Source: Paramecium tetraurelia (taxonomy: Eukaryota). From it: a DNA stretch of 64,000 bases. The stretch covers positions 186,001 to 250,000 of the forward strand of contig CT868008.1 in NCBI GenBank assembly GCA_000165425.1, written 5' to 3'. The notes beneath the pieces were generated by a model that was not told the origin of the DNA, made no database searches, and saw nothing but the letters and a program-made list of their open reading frames with translations. Positions 13,758-27,039 of the stretch are shown piece after piece. Position numbers and translations under genes: made by a program. The stretch's first letter is position 1. Each line of letters begins with the position of its first letter.

Positions 13758-14522
13758 AGATATATTTATTAATTAATTTAATCATATACTATATTAACCC
13801 ATAATGTCTAAATTTCTTATAAATTGATCAATCAATTCTTAGATAGTAAATAAAAAAGTAGTTGGTTTAGAAATTCAAATTTTAATTTTTAAAGTAAAGC
13901 CATATGATATTTTTTTACTATTAAAATTCATTATCAACTTAAACGATTCTTTCTAAAAAATTTGTTCCTTTTAAATCATCTTCCTGGTGAATGGATAAAA
14001 TAATTGTTATATAACTATTAATCTTTCTTTATATTGTTTATGAATAAATATGCAACATCAATATGTATTCCTAAGAAGATTTCTTAGCTATTATTCTAAG
14101 TCATAGCATTCAATATTCAATATTCAATAATTCTATTAGTTAATAAATTATTAAAAATTACTTCTAAATTTTGAATCGTAATTTTCAATTTATAAAAATA
14201 ATATCAATATTTTAATATTTTTTAGCTATTATATTGAATATCATAAAGAGTATAAAATAATCTGATTATAGGTTCAATATAGATTAATTATCTGTTAAAA
14301 ATGTTTGCTATATATTAAATTAAAAAAACTCCTTTAATCACTTGATTTAAGAAATATTTGGTTATTTATTTGTTTAAATTAATATTTTAATCAATTTAAA
14401 AACTTTGAGGAGTGAATTAATGGTTTTAATCTTGAGAAAATTACTTCAATAAGAGAAAGAAGCATAAATTTTATTAACTTTATTATAAATTAATTAAGGG
14501 TAGAATAAATTCATTAAAGATA

Positions 14523-15074
14523 TCAAAAGTAGGACTTTAAAAATATCCTCTTTTTTGCGAATTGTGATTGCCTTGAAATCCTATTTTTAGGACTCAAAAC
14601 ATGGTCAAAATGCACACTTTTGATTGATCTCTGTGGATCAGAAATTTATTATTTATATGATATTTAATTTTATGTTAGTTTCTATTTGAGTATACTCTTA
14701 ATTGCAGATCTTTGACTTGCTGTTGATATTTTTGAGTTAGTTAAGGATCTTGATTTTTTGAGATCAAACTTTTATTAGTGCTTTTTAGAGTTGTATATGG
14801 TAGTGAAGTCTTTGGTTTCAGTTTGTATTTAATATGAGTGAGAATAGGACTTATTCCTGTTATTTTGTTTAATTAGTAGTCTCTCATATTACTCCATTAC
14901 CAAAAATAATCCAAAATCATCCTCTTCTTTAAGAGATTGCATCATTTACAAAGGTACAGGCTTTGATGGAGTATTGGCTGGTATCTGAAATTCTTAGCTT
15001 ATCTAATGAATTATAATTTTGATTTCTTTCATTGAGTTTTTAGGTGATTCACAGCAACATGGTTTGGAACCCAT
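14523..15074 (-). CDS. Small acylation-signal protein with SILK and RVxF-type motifs
   Basis: Intronless 183-aa ciliate-code frame MGSKPCCCESP...AIKSILKQK...RSIKSVHFD...SYF then TGA. Confidence 0.7.
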
Positions 15075-16751
15075 CAAATGTAAAGTCTTTAGTATTATTT
15101 ATTAAATTCTTAGAAATTCATGTAAAACTTTATAAAAATATCTAGAATTTCAAAGAACGATTCTAAAATACATAAAATATCAAATTTCTTGTAAATTGAT
15201 GAAGAAATTTTATTAGAATGACCATTAGTAGGCTAATTGGTCCGATAATAACTTAATTTAAATTGAAAATTTACTTTAAAAAATTAAAATTATTCAAAAA
15301 ACGATTCCTCCGGTTTAGAAATCGATTTTTATATTTAGTTACCCTTGAATTAGATTAAATTTGTCGTAATATATAGAATTAAACAATTTGGAATGAATAA
15401 GAATTTAAAATTAAGTCATCCTAAATATGAATCAAATTCTATTACAATTCAAAGAAATTCTTGATTCTCTGTTTCAATTTTTACTTTAAATAACCGTTAA
15501 AACAATAATGATTATACTATTTTATATTTTACGTTGTATTTAATGTATATTATTGAGAATTATTTAATTGTATAATTAATAGTAAAAATGAATTAATCAA
15601 ATTTAATATAATTGTATAATAGTCCCAAAACTGTTGTTATGAATATATATTACATTAGAAAGACTTTGATTTTTTTTGAAACAAAATTAATGGAATTTTT
15701 ATTTATATATTTGAAAGAAAAATAAGAATTTTTCCAAAATAGTACAAACTATGATACCCTTAAATTAAGAATAAATATTATAATAAATTGATTTGCTAAG
15801 TAATATAAGCAATAATTTAGGGATACTCTTGTGTTCGTGAACTTAATTTAAATCAATTCAGATTATTTTACAATATAGTAAATAAGGAATATAATTACTG
15901 CATCATTCTAAATAATATTATTGTATATTAAATTTTGGGTCCATTTATTAAAAGTTTCAGAAATGTAACCTTCAAACTAAAAATACTTCATTAAATTTAG
16001 AATTTTAAAATATGAAACTTTCTCTTAATATCCAAATTATTTTCACAAATACTTTAATACCATATAATTTTAGTGATATGTGTCTAAAATATTATTTTAA
16101 TCAATTAATATACATTATAAATCGAATAAAACCATAGATTTTCGAAAGTAAATAACCTCATTTGATTATTGATGCTTTATTAGTTTAATGAGAACTAGAA
16201 GTAATTAAAATTTAATTCAATAAGATTAAGGCAATTTAAACATTTATTTCATATTATATCAGTTTATTCTTTCCAAGATTAAATCCATTGTTGCCAAAAT
16301 AATACTAATAATTTACTAAGATACAATTAATAAGTGTAAGATTATACATTTATTTAATCAACCCCTATTGAACTTTTACATTCTTATGCTTATATACAAA
16401 ATGCTAATTTAGTTTTGAGAAAAATAGTAAGACAAGAGAATTTAATAAAATAAAAAATAGTTAACTATTTGATATTTAATGGATAATCAGAATTAGATAT
16501 ATTTAATCAAATCTTATAAGAATCTGGTCAAGATTAATATATTTAACGTATTTTAAATAGAATTAGAGTACTAAAATCTAATAGTCAGAAGAAAGAGAAT
16601 ATAATGAGCATTGTTAATAATTATTAGATAATATTTTTAAGTTTTTATATAGATATTACTTTAGTCTTGAGTAGAAAAACAATATTGGGCATGGTTTGCA
16701 TAAAGGTGATCATAATAATGATTATTAATAATTAATATAAAAACGGATTAA

Positions 16752-17857
16752 ATGACATTTAAAACTCTAATGGTATTGCTATTAGTAACAATGGCAGTTG
16801 CAACAGAGAGCCCTGCTATTGAAAAATTAAGAAATAAATTAGACTAAAATGAATATAATTCATAATTAGTTGATTTATTAGAATTAAGTTTGGCAGGTGG
16901 ATAGTTGGATAGAGTGTTTGAATTATTATAGAAAATGGTTGATGATTTAACAGGATAAATCAACGCAGCAAATTTAGATCACGCTTCAAGAATGGCTGCA
17001 TTTGAATCAAGTATTGAGTAATTAGAAGCTAATTTGGCAACATTATCAAGTGAGGTATAAACCAACAACAGGAAAATTGGTGATATCACTTAGGCAATCT
17101 CAACTCTTACTTCTACTAGTGTAGCTGTGAAAAAACAATTGGAAACAATTAATCAAAGAGAGGAATAAATCAGAGATAATAGATAGAGAGAAATTTAAGT
17201 TTTGGAAACAAAGTAATCTGCTGGTTCAAGGATTTTAGCAGCTTTAGAAGATATTCACGATAGATTAGTAAAGGCAGTTCTTTCAAATACAGGATCTTTT
17301 CTTGAGGAAGCTGAAAAGAAAGAGATGATCAAATAAGTCAAAAAAGAATTAGGACGTACACACCCATTGGCATTATTGTTGGAATTCTCATCCAAGTAAA
17401 AATGATTAATAGCATTCATAGATTCGATGAAGCTACTGCTAAGAGGGCTATTGAATTGATTGAATAAATCATAGCATCTATCAAGGAAGGAGAAGTAAAC
17501 AGAGAATCAAATCAAACAGCAGTTGAAGAAAACTTTAATTCTTTAGTGAATGAAGTCACTGTTGTTAGAGACAAATTACAATAGGATAACCAAAAGACTA
17601 CCAGTGCTTTAAAGAATAGATAAAATGATTTAGTAACTTATTCTAATATATTTGTATAGAAAATTACTCAAAGAAGAAATAAATAATTAGAATAAAATGA
17701 AGCAACCACTTAATAATTATTAGAAACTACAAGAGTCCAAAAAGATTTATATGATTCAAATTTCAGATCCAATGCAAGCAAGAGAGAAGGCTAATTGAAT
17801 TCGTTAAAGACTGCTTTATAAATTTTGAGAGACAACGAATAAGCATTGAAAAAATGA
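16752..17857 (+). CDS. Trichocyst matrix protein (T4-like) precursor
   Basis: Signal peptide MTFKTLMVLLLVTMAVA; LELSLAGGQLDRVFELLQKMVDDL; HPLALLLEFSSK|FDEATAKRAIELIEQI; coiled coils; two short introns. Confidence 0.82.
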
Positions 17858-17930
17858 TTTGATTTATTCACAACAAAAAAACACGATAATTTTTTATCAT
17901 CGATATATATCCAAATTCTTTTTAAATCAA

Positions 17931-18483
17931 TCACTTGATGATGAAGATTCCTTTCCTTTTTTTGGTTTTTTCTATTTCTTCTTTCTATCTCTAGATGAAG
18001 AAGATGAAGAAGAACTGGATGAACTGGATGGACTTCTTCTTCTGTGTCTCTTGACCTTTCTTTTATGTCGTCTAGATATAACTAAATATACCTTGAACTT
18101 GAACTTGATGATCTTCCTTTTTATCTACAATTTCGAGCACTAATTAATTTTCATCAAATATTTACAAATGTCCTATTCTTCCGCATTTGTAGCATTCACC
18201 ATCTTTTTTTTTGGCTCTGGCTATCTCTACAACGAAAGTGTTGCCATCTTAATCTTTTTAATTCATCTCATTCACAGCTTCTGTAGCTTCTTCTGCTTTT
18301 GAATAAGCCTAATAAAATAGACGCTAATTTTACTATGAAACAAAAACGACCCTTCCAAGAGAATTCAATGATTTCACCATACTTAGAAAAAAGGCTTTTG
18401 ATATCCTCTTCATTTTTATCTTTTGTTGAGTATCCAGTCACAAATATCCGATTTTCTGTTTTACTCTGTTCACTCATTGACAT
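17931..18483 (-). CDS. SR-family splicing factor-like protein: RRM, CCHC zinc knuckle and RS/K-rich tail (SRSF7/RSZ-like)
   Basis: RIFVTGY...FSKYGEIIEFSWKGRFCFI RRM; ECYKCGRIGH knuckle; SSSRS/RRHK-rich C-terminus. Confidence 0.82.
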
Positions 18484-18798
18484 CCTTAAATTAATTAATT
18501 TATTTATTAATAATTAATTTTTATTTATATACTATGGGATAATGTTAAGTACCAAAAATACAATAAATGGAGGATGTTTTTGCAGCAATTTAAAATTTAA
18601 AGAAATTCAGTATCACTCAAAGCAATGCCAGAAAAATTAAATCATTTAGATTAATAGTATTAAAAGTACAGCCGAACAAGTAGCATAAACCTTTATCTAT
18701 TTAGCTCACTAATTCAGTCAATAGTATGTTGCACACCTAGAAAACATATAAAAGAGTCTCCCATTATTGTTTTATATAATTACAGTTAATATCATTTT

Positions 18799-19837
18799 TC
18801 AATTAAATCCTTAAGAATCTTGCTTTAAATAATATGGGCCTTCTTATTGAATTAAAATTTCTAATCATAATTAATATCAAAATACTTCTTGAATAACCAA
18901 AAGAATTTGAATAATTCATGCTGTCATTTCTTCTAAATAAATATTATCCTCTGGAGATAATTGGAGACTTGGGATATCTGCTATTCTCATCAAATTACGA
19001 TTGTGAATGTGGATTTAATCTTTGTTCTATGTATTCAACCTTTTCTAATTAGTTTTCACAATTATTGCATTAACAATTATCATTACATTTTTGTTTATTT
19101 TAGTAACAATCACAATATTTCTTTGTGCATTTAGACTTTTTACATTTACAACTTATTCCTATTGGAGCTTCTTTCTAGTTTATAAATCATTTTTTGTACT
19201 TCAAAAGATGTATTTTGTATTTTCAGCTTACTAATGGCTTCTTCTCTTTCTTCCATATATTCTTCGCTATTGTGACAACCTTAACACTAACATTGATTGG
19301 TGCACATATTTCCATTGGCAAAACAATCACAATATTATTTCAAACACATAGATTTATTGCATTTGCATCTTAATGATTTGGGAACATTTTGAGACTATTA
19401 TTAATCTTTCAATGACATATATTGATTAACATCCAAGATATCATAAAGTTTATTGTCCTACCCCTATTTTATGCTATGAAATAAATCCAATACTAGAGGT
19501 TTGCTTCTGGTTTTGTTTGCTTTAAAACCTGCTTAAATTTAGAAAATAATTACCGCTTTTTTCAATTGGATATGATTTTGTAATTTATAGTTTTTTAATA
19601 CCTTAATTATAGTGAAAATTAATGACACTAGTTTATTTAACCTAGTCTTCGTTATCCATATCAATCTTGGTTATAATTGGATCGCCAGTTGTTTCTTCTT
19701 ACTTTAGTTAGGTTTCTAAAAATAAATTAAAATTTTCAATATAAAATAGCGTAAGCAAATTTGTTTAGCTATCTTATTTAAATACCTGTCCAAATTTAAG
19801 GAGTTTAAACATGTTTCTTTGAACCTCGAGTCTTCAT
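18799..19837 (-). CDS. Tesmin/TSO1-like CRC (CXC-linker-CXC) domain protein
   Basis: [33 protein letters not shown] and CKCKKSKCTKKYCDCYQNKQKCNDNCQCNNCEN. Both ends depend on inferred introns and are uncertain. Confidence 0.8.
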
Positions 19838-20229
19838 TAAAATATTTATATAATTATTTTACTTTAAATGACTATTTCTATAAATACCCTACTCCACTCT
19901 ATAGAGAAAATAAAATTAAGATATTTCGAAATAAAAACATGATCTTTACTTTGTCAGTTAATATATATAATTAAGGAATGCAAAGCCTTTAAGGATAGAA
20001 TATGTTTGTGGCAGGAAGAAATCAATTAGATTTCTATTAATTAAATGTTTCCTTGAGTTTAAACTGTATAATTAGTTAAGTAGATGATCATAAAGTGTAA
20101 ACATGTAGAAATCAATTACAAATCATTTAATTAAAATTGACAATTTAACAATATGATTAAAATTGAGAAGGTATTGTAATTTAGTATTGATTTTCATAAT
20201 GCCTCTATTGGGAATTGAAAATAATATTA

Positions 20230-21991
20230 ATGTTAAAAAAATTTACGAGATTTCTTTTCTCGCGTGAAAAGATTCAATATGACGTACTTATTGTTGGAGC
20301 AGGTCCAGCAGGTCTGTCAGCAGCCATAAGAATTAAAGAATTGGACCCTAACAAATCAGTTGTCGTCATAGAGAAGTCAGGTACTTTGGGAGGACATATT
20401 CTGAGTGGTAATTGCTTTCAACCTACAGCAATGAATGAATTATTTCCTAATTGGGAGAAAATGGAAAATGTATATTTGTCATTAATTTCCAATTTAGAAA
20501 CCTCCTTTAGATACTCCAGTTTCAGAGGATCACTTCCATATCCTTTGGAATGAAAAATTGAGTTTACAGATTCCACATATGTTTTATCCATCTACAATTA
20601 GAAATCATGGAAATTATGTAATAAGCTTGGGCGATTTGTGTGTTTGGATGGGAGAATAAGCCTAAGCTTTGGGAGTCGATATTTTTACAAGTACTGCTGG
20701 AGCAAGAGTGATCTTCGATGAAAAAGATAGAGTGATCGGAGTTGCAACAGGAGACATGGGAATCGCTAAGAATGGAGAGAAAAAATCCAATTATTAAGAG
20801 GGAATAGATATAGTGGCAAATTAAACAATATTATGCGAAGGAGCAAGAGGTTCAATCACTGAAAGAGTCATTGAAAAATACAATTTGAGAAAAGGTAAAT
20901 ATAATGAACTATATGATCAGATTGTGAACCTTAATCTTATGGTATTGGATTAAAAGAAGTTTGGGAGGTACCTCCTGAAGATTTTAAGGCTGGTCTAGTT
21001 TAACATACAGTTGGGTGGCCTTTATGTAGAAATACTTATGGAGGCTCCTTCTTGTATCATAAGAATACTAATCAAATACATTTAGGGTTGGTTGTTGGTT
21101 TGGATTATGAGAATCCAAATTTAAGTCCATATCAAGAGTTTTAAAATTTAAAGAAACATCCAAAAATCTCAAGATTTCTCAAGAATGGAACCTGTATAAG
21201 CTATGGTGCAAGAGTCTTAAATGAAGGAGGATACTTTTCAATTCCCAAATTAACATTTCCAGGAGGTATGTTAGCTGGCTGTTCAGCTGGATTTTTAAAT
21301 GTGATGAAAATTAAGGGATCTCATAATGCCATGAAATCAGGAATGTTGGCAGCAGAAACTATTTGTGCTAAACAAAATGTAGAACCAGGATAAGAATTAG
21401 TTGAATATGAGAATGCTGTTAAATCATCCTGGATTTATGATGAATTGTATAGATCAAGAAATTTCAAGGGTTCATTTAAATACAATATTTATTCTGGGCT
21501 ATTTTACGGTGCATTTGATGGTTTCATCTCAAAAGGAAGGGAACCTTGGAATATCAAATCACATGTGAAAGAAAGCGAATCATATTTGACTAAAGATAAA
21601 GCTCCTTAAATTAAATATGAGAAACCAGATGGAAAATTGACCTTTGATTTATTGGACAACTTAGCAAGAAGGTAAATATTTGATTTCATGTGAAGTGGAA
21701 CCAACCATGAGCATGATTAACCAGCTCATCTTAAAGTGATCAAGGAGGCTGGACCTAAGGAAAGTATAAACTTGTATGATGGTCCTGAATAAAGATTTTG
21801 TCCAGCTAAAGTCTATGAATTTATTGATACTAAGGAAGGCAAAAAGCTATAAATCAATGCTTAGAATTGTTTACATTGCAAGACTTGTGACATCAAGATG
21901 CCCAAAGATTATATTAGATGGACTGTCCCAGAAGCCGGAGGAGGACCCAACTAGTAATCATATATGTATTATATTTAGTTCTGGAATGTGA
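20230..21991 (+). CDS. ETFDH: Electron transfer flavoprotein-ubiquinone oxidoreductase
   Basis: [66 protein letters not shown] and [11 protein letters not shown] 4Fe-4S motif; introns e.g. 20470-20497. Confidence 0.96.
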
Positions 21992-22079
21992 TTTTATTAT
22001 ATTTTTTATTCATTTAACAACAGAATTAAAATATCAATATATATATTTTATTTATTTTTATATGTATTTGACTACTCAA

Positions 22080-22702
22080 TCAAAACTTTGGAGTGCGTCC
22101 AATACTTCTTTGATAATATTTAAGCATTCTTTAGTCTTAGTCATCCATCCATGAATCCAAACCATTTTATTGATCCATACTGTTATTCATTGCTTCCTCA
22201 TAACTGATAAAGTCAGCAAATTGATCGAAGGTCTTTGAACTATGAACAATTATCTATTTATCAATACCCAGACAAGAAGGCAATCAAGTCTTCCAAACTT
22301 CTATGGGGTCTTGAATATGCCTCCAATCTATTCTTAAATAATATTTTATCAGCTTCTGCATCCAATCTCTCTAATTCCTTCTCGCTCTCGACCTTTTTAG
22401 GTGCTACATATTTTGGATCATAATAGTTTGATTTAACCCAAATGAATGACCCGATCATTCCAGCAAAGAAGAAGAAGTTGAATCCTCTTAACTATCATTC
22501 ATAGGGATAATTTCATACACATGCTTCACTTCTGGCCATTCTGAATACAGTATCCTTCCATCTCAAAACACCCTTTGTCTTGAACATACCAATGTCGTCT
22601 TGGTTGAATAATATATTAGCCTTTCTATTTTATTATGATCACTAAAGTATACCTCCAAACACGAAGATTCCAACTTTGCTTTGAAAAGTTTTTATACCAC
22701 AT
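22080..22702 (-). CDS. Single-TM mitochondrial protein, probable ciliate ATP synthase subunit k
   Basis: MWYKNFSKQSWNLRVWR|KAN..., ADKILFKNR, RSLEDLIAFLSG|SKTFDQ, GLDSWMDDQDQRMLKYYQRS. Matches my recollection of the Tetrahymena ATP synthase subunit k; 3 introns. Confidence 0.65.
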
Positions 22703-22892
22703 CCAAAATAAATAATAATTTTATTAATAATTCTAAAATAATATCATTCAAATGCTCTCAATTCTTGCTACCAAATTCATCACAATTTTAATAGGAGTAG
22801 ATTGCTTATTTAATATTAATTATTTTATAACACTCGAATTTACTTCATTAATATTCAAAGTAAATACACTTTAATTTATTATTAAATTAAAT

Positions 22893-23123
22893 ATGGGAGC
22901 ATAGTAATGTTGTGGCTTGTAAACAGTCACCCAATCCTCTCAATCAATTTCAAATGCAATATCTTAGGAGAGTCAATATACAAATGATATTGATGTATTC
23001 AGAAAGGTTGTCATTTAGCCTATTAAGCCTCTGCCTCTCAATAGATTTGAGAGCTTAAAGGAAGTTATGGATGATGACATCGACGATATATTGAATCATT
23101 TTCATGAATTAGAAAATGAATGA
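22893..23123 (+). CDS. Small 76-aa protein with N-terminal MG..CC acylation signal
   Basis: MGAQQCCGLQTVTQSSQ...DDDIDDILNHFHELENE then TGA, intronless. Confidence 0.6.
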
Positions 23124-24173
23124 AAAACTGCTTCAATTCAGACAAACTAATTTGATAATTTGATTCATTAATATATTCAGATACCAATTATTTATCATCA
23201 TTATACAAAAAGGAGCGTCTAAAGAATGCTATTCTCAATTTTAGAAAAATAATTTTAAACTAATGAAAACCTATCTCAAATTGTAAATTAAAATCAATTG
23301 GTTACATTAGTTAAAAACAACTATTTTTTTAAGATATCCTGATTATAAGCATTTTTATGCAAAATAATTAATTGCCTTACAACCTTGACTTTAGTATGAA
23401 ATTATTATAAATCAATAATAAAATCACATTTAATCATATCGAAATTGATTTTCATAATTCTAAAAAATCTTACAGATATTTTAAAGAATTGCATTCAATC
23501 CAAATCTCAATATTTTAAATAGATACGCTTATTAAAAAATTTAATATTTCACATTATGCTCTTTTTATAACAAATTGAATAATAATTATAGTATTTAATT
23601 TAATTTATCATAAAATAATTTCTACAAACAGATGAAAATCACAATAAGAATAAAAATAAATACATAAAATATGAAGAATTCTCCAATAACAAATAATTGG
23701 TTGCTACATTTTGTTTGGACAAAACTGATAATGATTATACTAATATTTACTTATTGATATTAAATAATAGGTATATCAGGCTTTGGAAACGATATTTAAA
23801 ATCATTTGCAATGAAAATAAATCTTATAGAGCTGAAGTGAATTTATATGAATTTTTTTAATAAAAGATATTAACTGTTATTAGTGATGATATGAGGAAGT
23901 TTAATTAAAAAGTCGATTAGAGAATATCATAAGATCCTTTTATTGAAGGCTTTCCATTTTATTCTCTTGAAATAAATCAATTTGAACATATAAAATCTAA
24001 TTATGAATCTTAAGTATTGTTTAATTAAAATTCATGAGATTATGTAATATAGATGACTAAGACATGTTATGAATAAATTATGATAATCTATTTTAATCTG
24101 ATTTCCCAAATGTTTTCTCATTTTTATATAATTTTATTTTATTTATTTATTTAATTATATTGATATAGATATA

Positions 24174-25786
24174 ATGGGCTGTAATAGTTCAAGAAAAAAT
24201 CTTTAAGAAAAGAGTTCTTTAAATAGCAAAGAACTTGAGAAATGCAATGAGAAATTTAAGAAATTGTCCTCAATTGCACCAGGGTAGTATTGATTCATAT
24301 AAATTAGAAAAGCTGAACAATTTATTGCCATCGAAGGTTTTAGAACAGCCTTCACAGAAAATACGTAATTAGCTGATAAAATCTTTAAATTTATCAAAAG
24401 CCAAAGTGAAACAAACAATGTGAACAGGGAAACATTTGTATTATCAAGTAATGATGTTAAAAACGATTATTAGTGGAACTATTTACAAAATAGAAATCAG
24501 AAATATATGTTTTTACAAATAACTACAAGCATTTGGAACAATACTAGTTATTATTATTGATATCCATTTAACATCCTGAAATTTATAAGAGAGAAGAATT
24601 CAAGTTGTAATTGTTAACCAAAGTTGAAATCACATATTTATAGGCAGGGATATTCATAAAGGAGATAATCAATATGCTAAGTCCAAAAGGCAATAGATTA
24701 AGTGATGACGATGATGTAGCAGCTAAACTATTGATCAATAATATTTTTGGAGGTAACATAAATGAGAATTATCCTATAGATAAAACAAGCAACATGGAAT
24801 CTCCAATAGTTTTGCAAATTAAATAAAAGTGGAAGTTCCTTTGATAAATACAGTCATAAGAAGGTACTTTGCTGGAAAGTTTACTGATTCCTCTCACAAG
24901 ATTAAACTCCCAGAACTGACTGATAATTCCCTCATTATCAACTATTAAATATTGGGATTGTTTTATTTAAGCACTCCTTGGTTCTACTAAACCAAAAAAA
25001 ATTTGAATTTGCTATTTGCTTATTAGGAAGGTTAAGATTAATTCGATTTAAACCTTTTATCAAATCAATTGTTATCCTAAAATTCTCCAACTCTATTATT
25101 ATTTAGACATGTTGAACGATTAAATAAGTATGAAAAATTGCCATATCAACACACACCTGATGAAAATTTAGAAGCCTTTGAATAGCATTATCTATTTGGT
25201 TACTTCAATTCATCAAGGTGGAGATTAGCACCAGACATCACTGGAGATAAGAATTCATCAATATTTTCCATCGTTCCAAAATACTAACAATTTATTACAG
25301 GCAAAGGAAAGGGACAAAGCAAATATGCCCTATTGAATAGTGATCAAGGAAGACCATTGCCATAATCTTTATAGAAGAAATTAAGCAAATTTGGATTGGG
25401 TATTGGAGGTAGTGGATATGAACAACATAGAATTTGGATTGATGGTCAAAATTTGAAGGATAGCTATATAACAGATGATGATAAGACTTTTGCAACAGGT
25501 CACATATTGGCACCTCATATCACAAAATTGAATATTGATAGAATTGAAGTATGGAGTGTTGAGTTCATTTCTACTTAATAAGATTTGTCTCATTTTAGAT
25601 AAACTCAAATGAATCAGTAATTAATGTTATCTTATAATTTAAAGTATAAATCAATTGTTGGAGGATGAAATTCCAAAATAAAATGTCGATCCTGGATCAC
25701 TTATCAATTCAATTAAAAATAGAAATTCAAGGATTCAATCTGCTATACATACCTAATAAGTTGAAGAAGAGAAATATTAACAATGA
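24174..25786 (+). CDS. Myristoylated TLDc-domain protein (MEAK7/TLDC1-like)
   Basis: MGCNSS N-terminus; YLFGYFNSSRW, GDKNSSIFSIVP, GLGIGG...RIWIDG, DKTFATG, IDRIEVWSV are TLDc signatures. Confidence 0.82.
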
Positions 25787-25848
25787 ATATGATAATCAAG
25801 AAGATATATACATAATGCAATATAATTTTTATATTTTAATAAATATAT

Positions 25849-27039
25849 TCAATGTTTAAGTTTATGAGTACTAGTATGTAGAGTCTGTTTACCTAATTCA
25901 TCAAGTTTTATCATTTATCGGATTCTTTTTGGTAACATAGATTTCTTCAACAATTACTTTTTCACTTCTATAGTTTAAGTATATAAATTATCTAAATGTA
26001 TTTCATATGCAGATTATAAAGAGGATGTATCAGAAACATCAAGAATTTGATTCATATTACTTTCAGTAAGAGTTTTATATTTTTTATGGTTTTTTTTTGG
26101 TTTAGCCTTGTTTAGATTAGCAGCCTCTTCTGCTTGATTTGTAAAGTGACATCTATATTAAACCTATTTGGGTTGTTGATGTAAGTAATCATATAATTCA
26201 ATGTCTTTGTATGTTAAGACTTCTTTCACAAAGAGATCGTATTTGTGTGTTTTTTATAATTTATTATCAGACAGTAATTTCATTCTGGAAAGTCTGTCTA
26301 AGTTTTATTGTTTTTTTTCATTCATCTCTTCTAATTCTTTTAAAAACTATTTACTTGAATCTTGTAATTAGGTTTTGAGAAATAGTTTTGGATTAGTTGA
26401 AGATTATGTATTTAATTTTGACTTTAATTATTATTTTCTAAACATCTTTTAATCGTCATAACTAATTGTAACAGTTTTTAATGCTTTCATTTATGGTACC
26501 ATTTTTTCATATGTCTCAACCTATTCAATTTTCTTATTTATGTTTTCTGATGCTTCGACTATAGATTTTAGTAGTCCAACATTTTACAAACTTCTTCTCC
26601 GTTTTTCATCATTGTCCTTCTTTCTATTTACGACTTTAGATTTAATTAGATTGTTAAGGGCTGCTATCTTTGTTTTCAGATAATTTATTCTTTCTTCAGA
26701 CTAAGTTTTAACATGTTTATATTTGTGTTTAAATCTAAGTAATGGCCCCAAAATAACCATACCCTTAGATTCTCTTTCTCTGGCTTGTTTTTCATATTAT
26801 TCAATTTACTGTTGCTGATGTAGACGAGGACAATTTTTTGCTTGAAGAAGTTAAAAAGTGTTGATCCTACCATCTAAGAACTCATTAAAACTATCCTTTA
26901 TTTTTATTTTGCCTGAGATGGGACTCGTGATATCATCTTATGCTGGATATAATTACTATGTTGTTTTAGTGGAAGTAGGAGAAAGTTTAGTTATGTCTTC
27001 TGATTCAGTTTTGACATGAGAAAAATGAATGGTATTCAT
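25849..27039 (-). CDS. Uncharacterised basic/Q-rich protein
   Basis: Ciliate-code frame MNTIHFSHVKTESEDITKLSP... to ...SDTSSLQSAYEIHLDNLY...THKLKH then TGA. Confidence 0.65.

Noticed and set aside
15075..16740. Long AT-rich gap (similar gaps at 9303-10430, 13760-14520, 55040-56190) as a possible ncRNA, IES or transposon
   Set aside because: No tRNA cloverleaf, convincing snoRNA box pair, terminal inverted repeats or long coherent ORF seen by eye. An IES cannot be called without germline comparison.
18534..18850. Possible small plus-strand gene starting MGQCQVPK
   Set aside because: No consistent splice and stop model before it collides with the CRC gene's 3' end; may be real or decayed.
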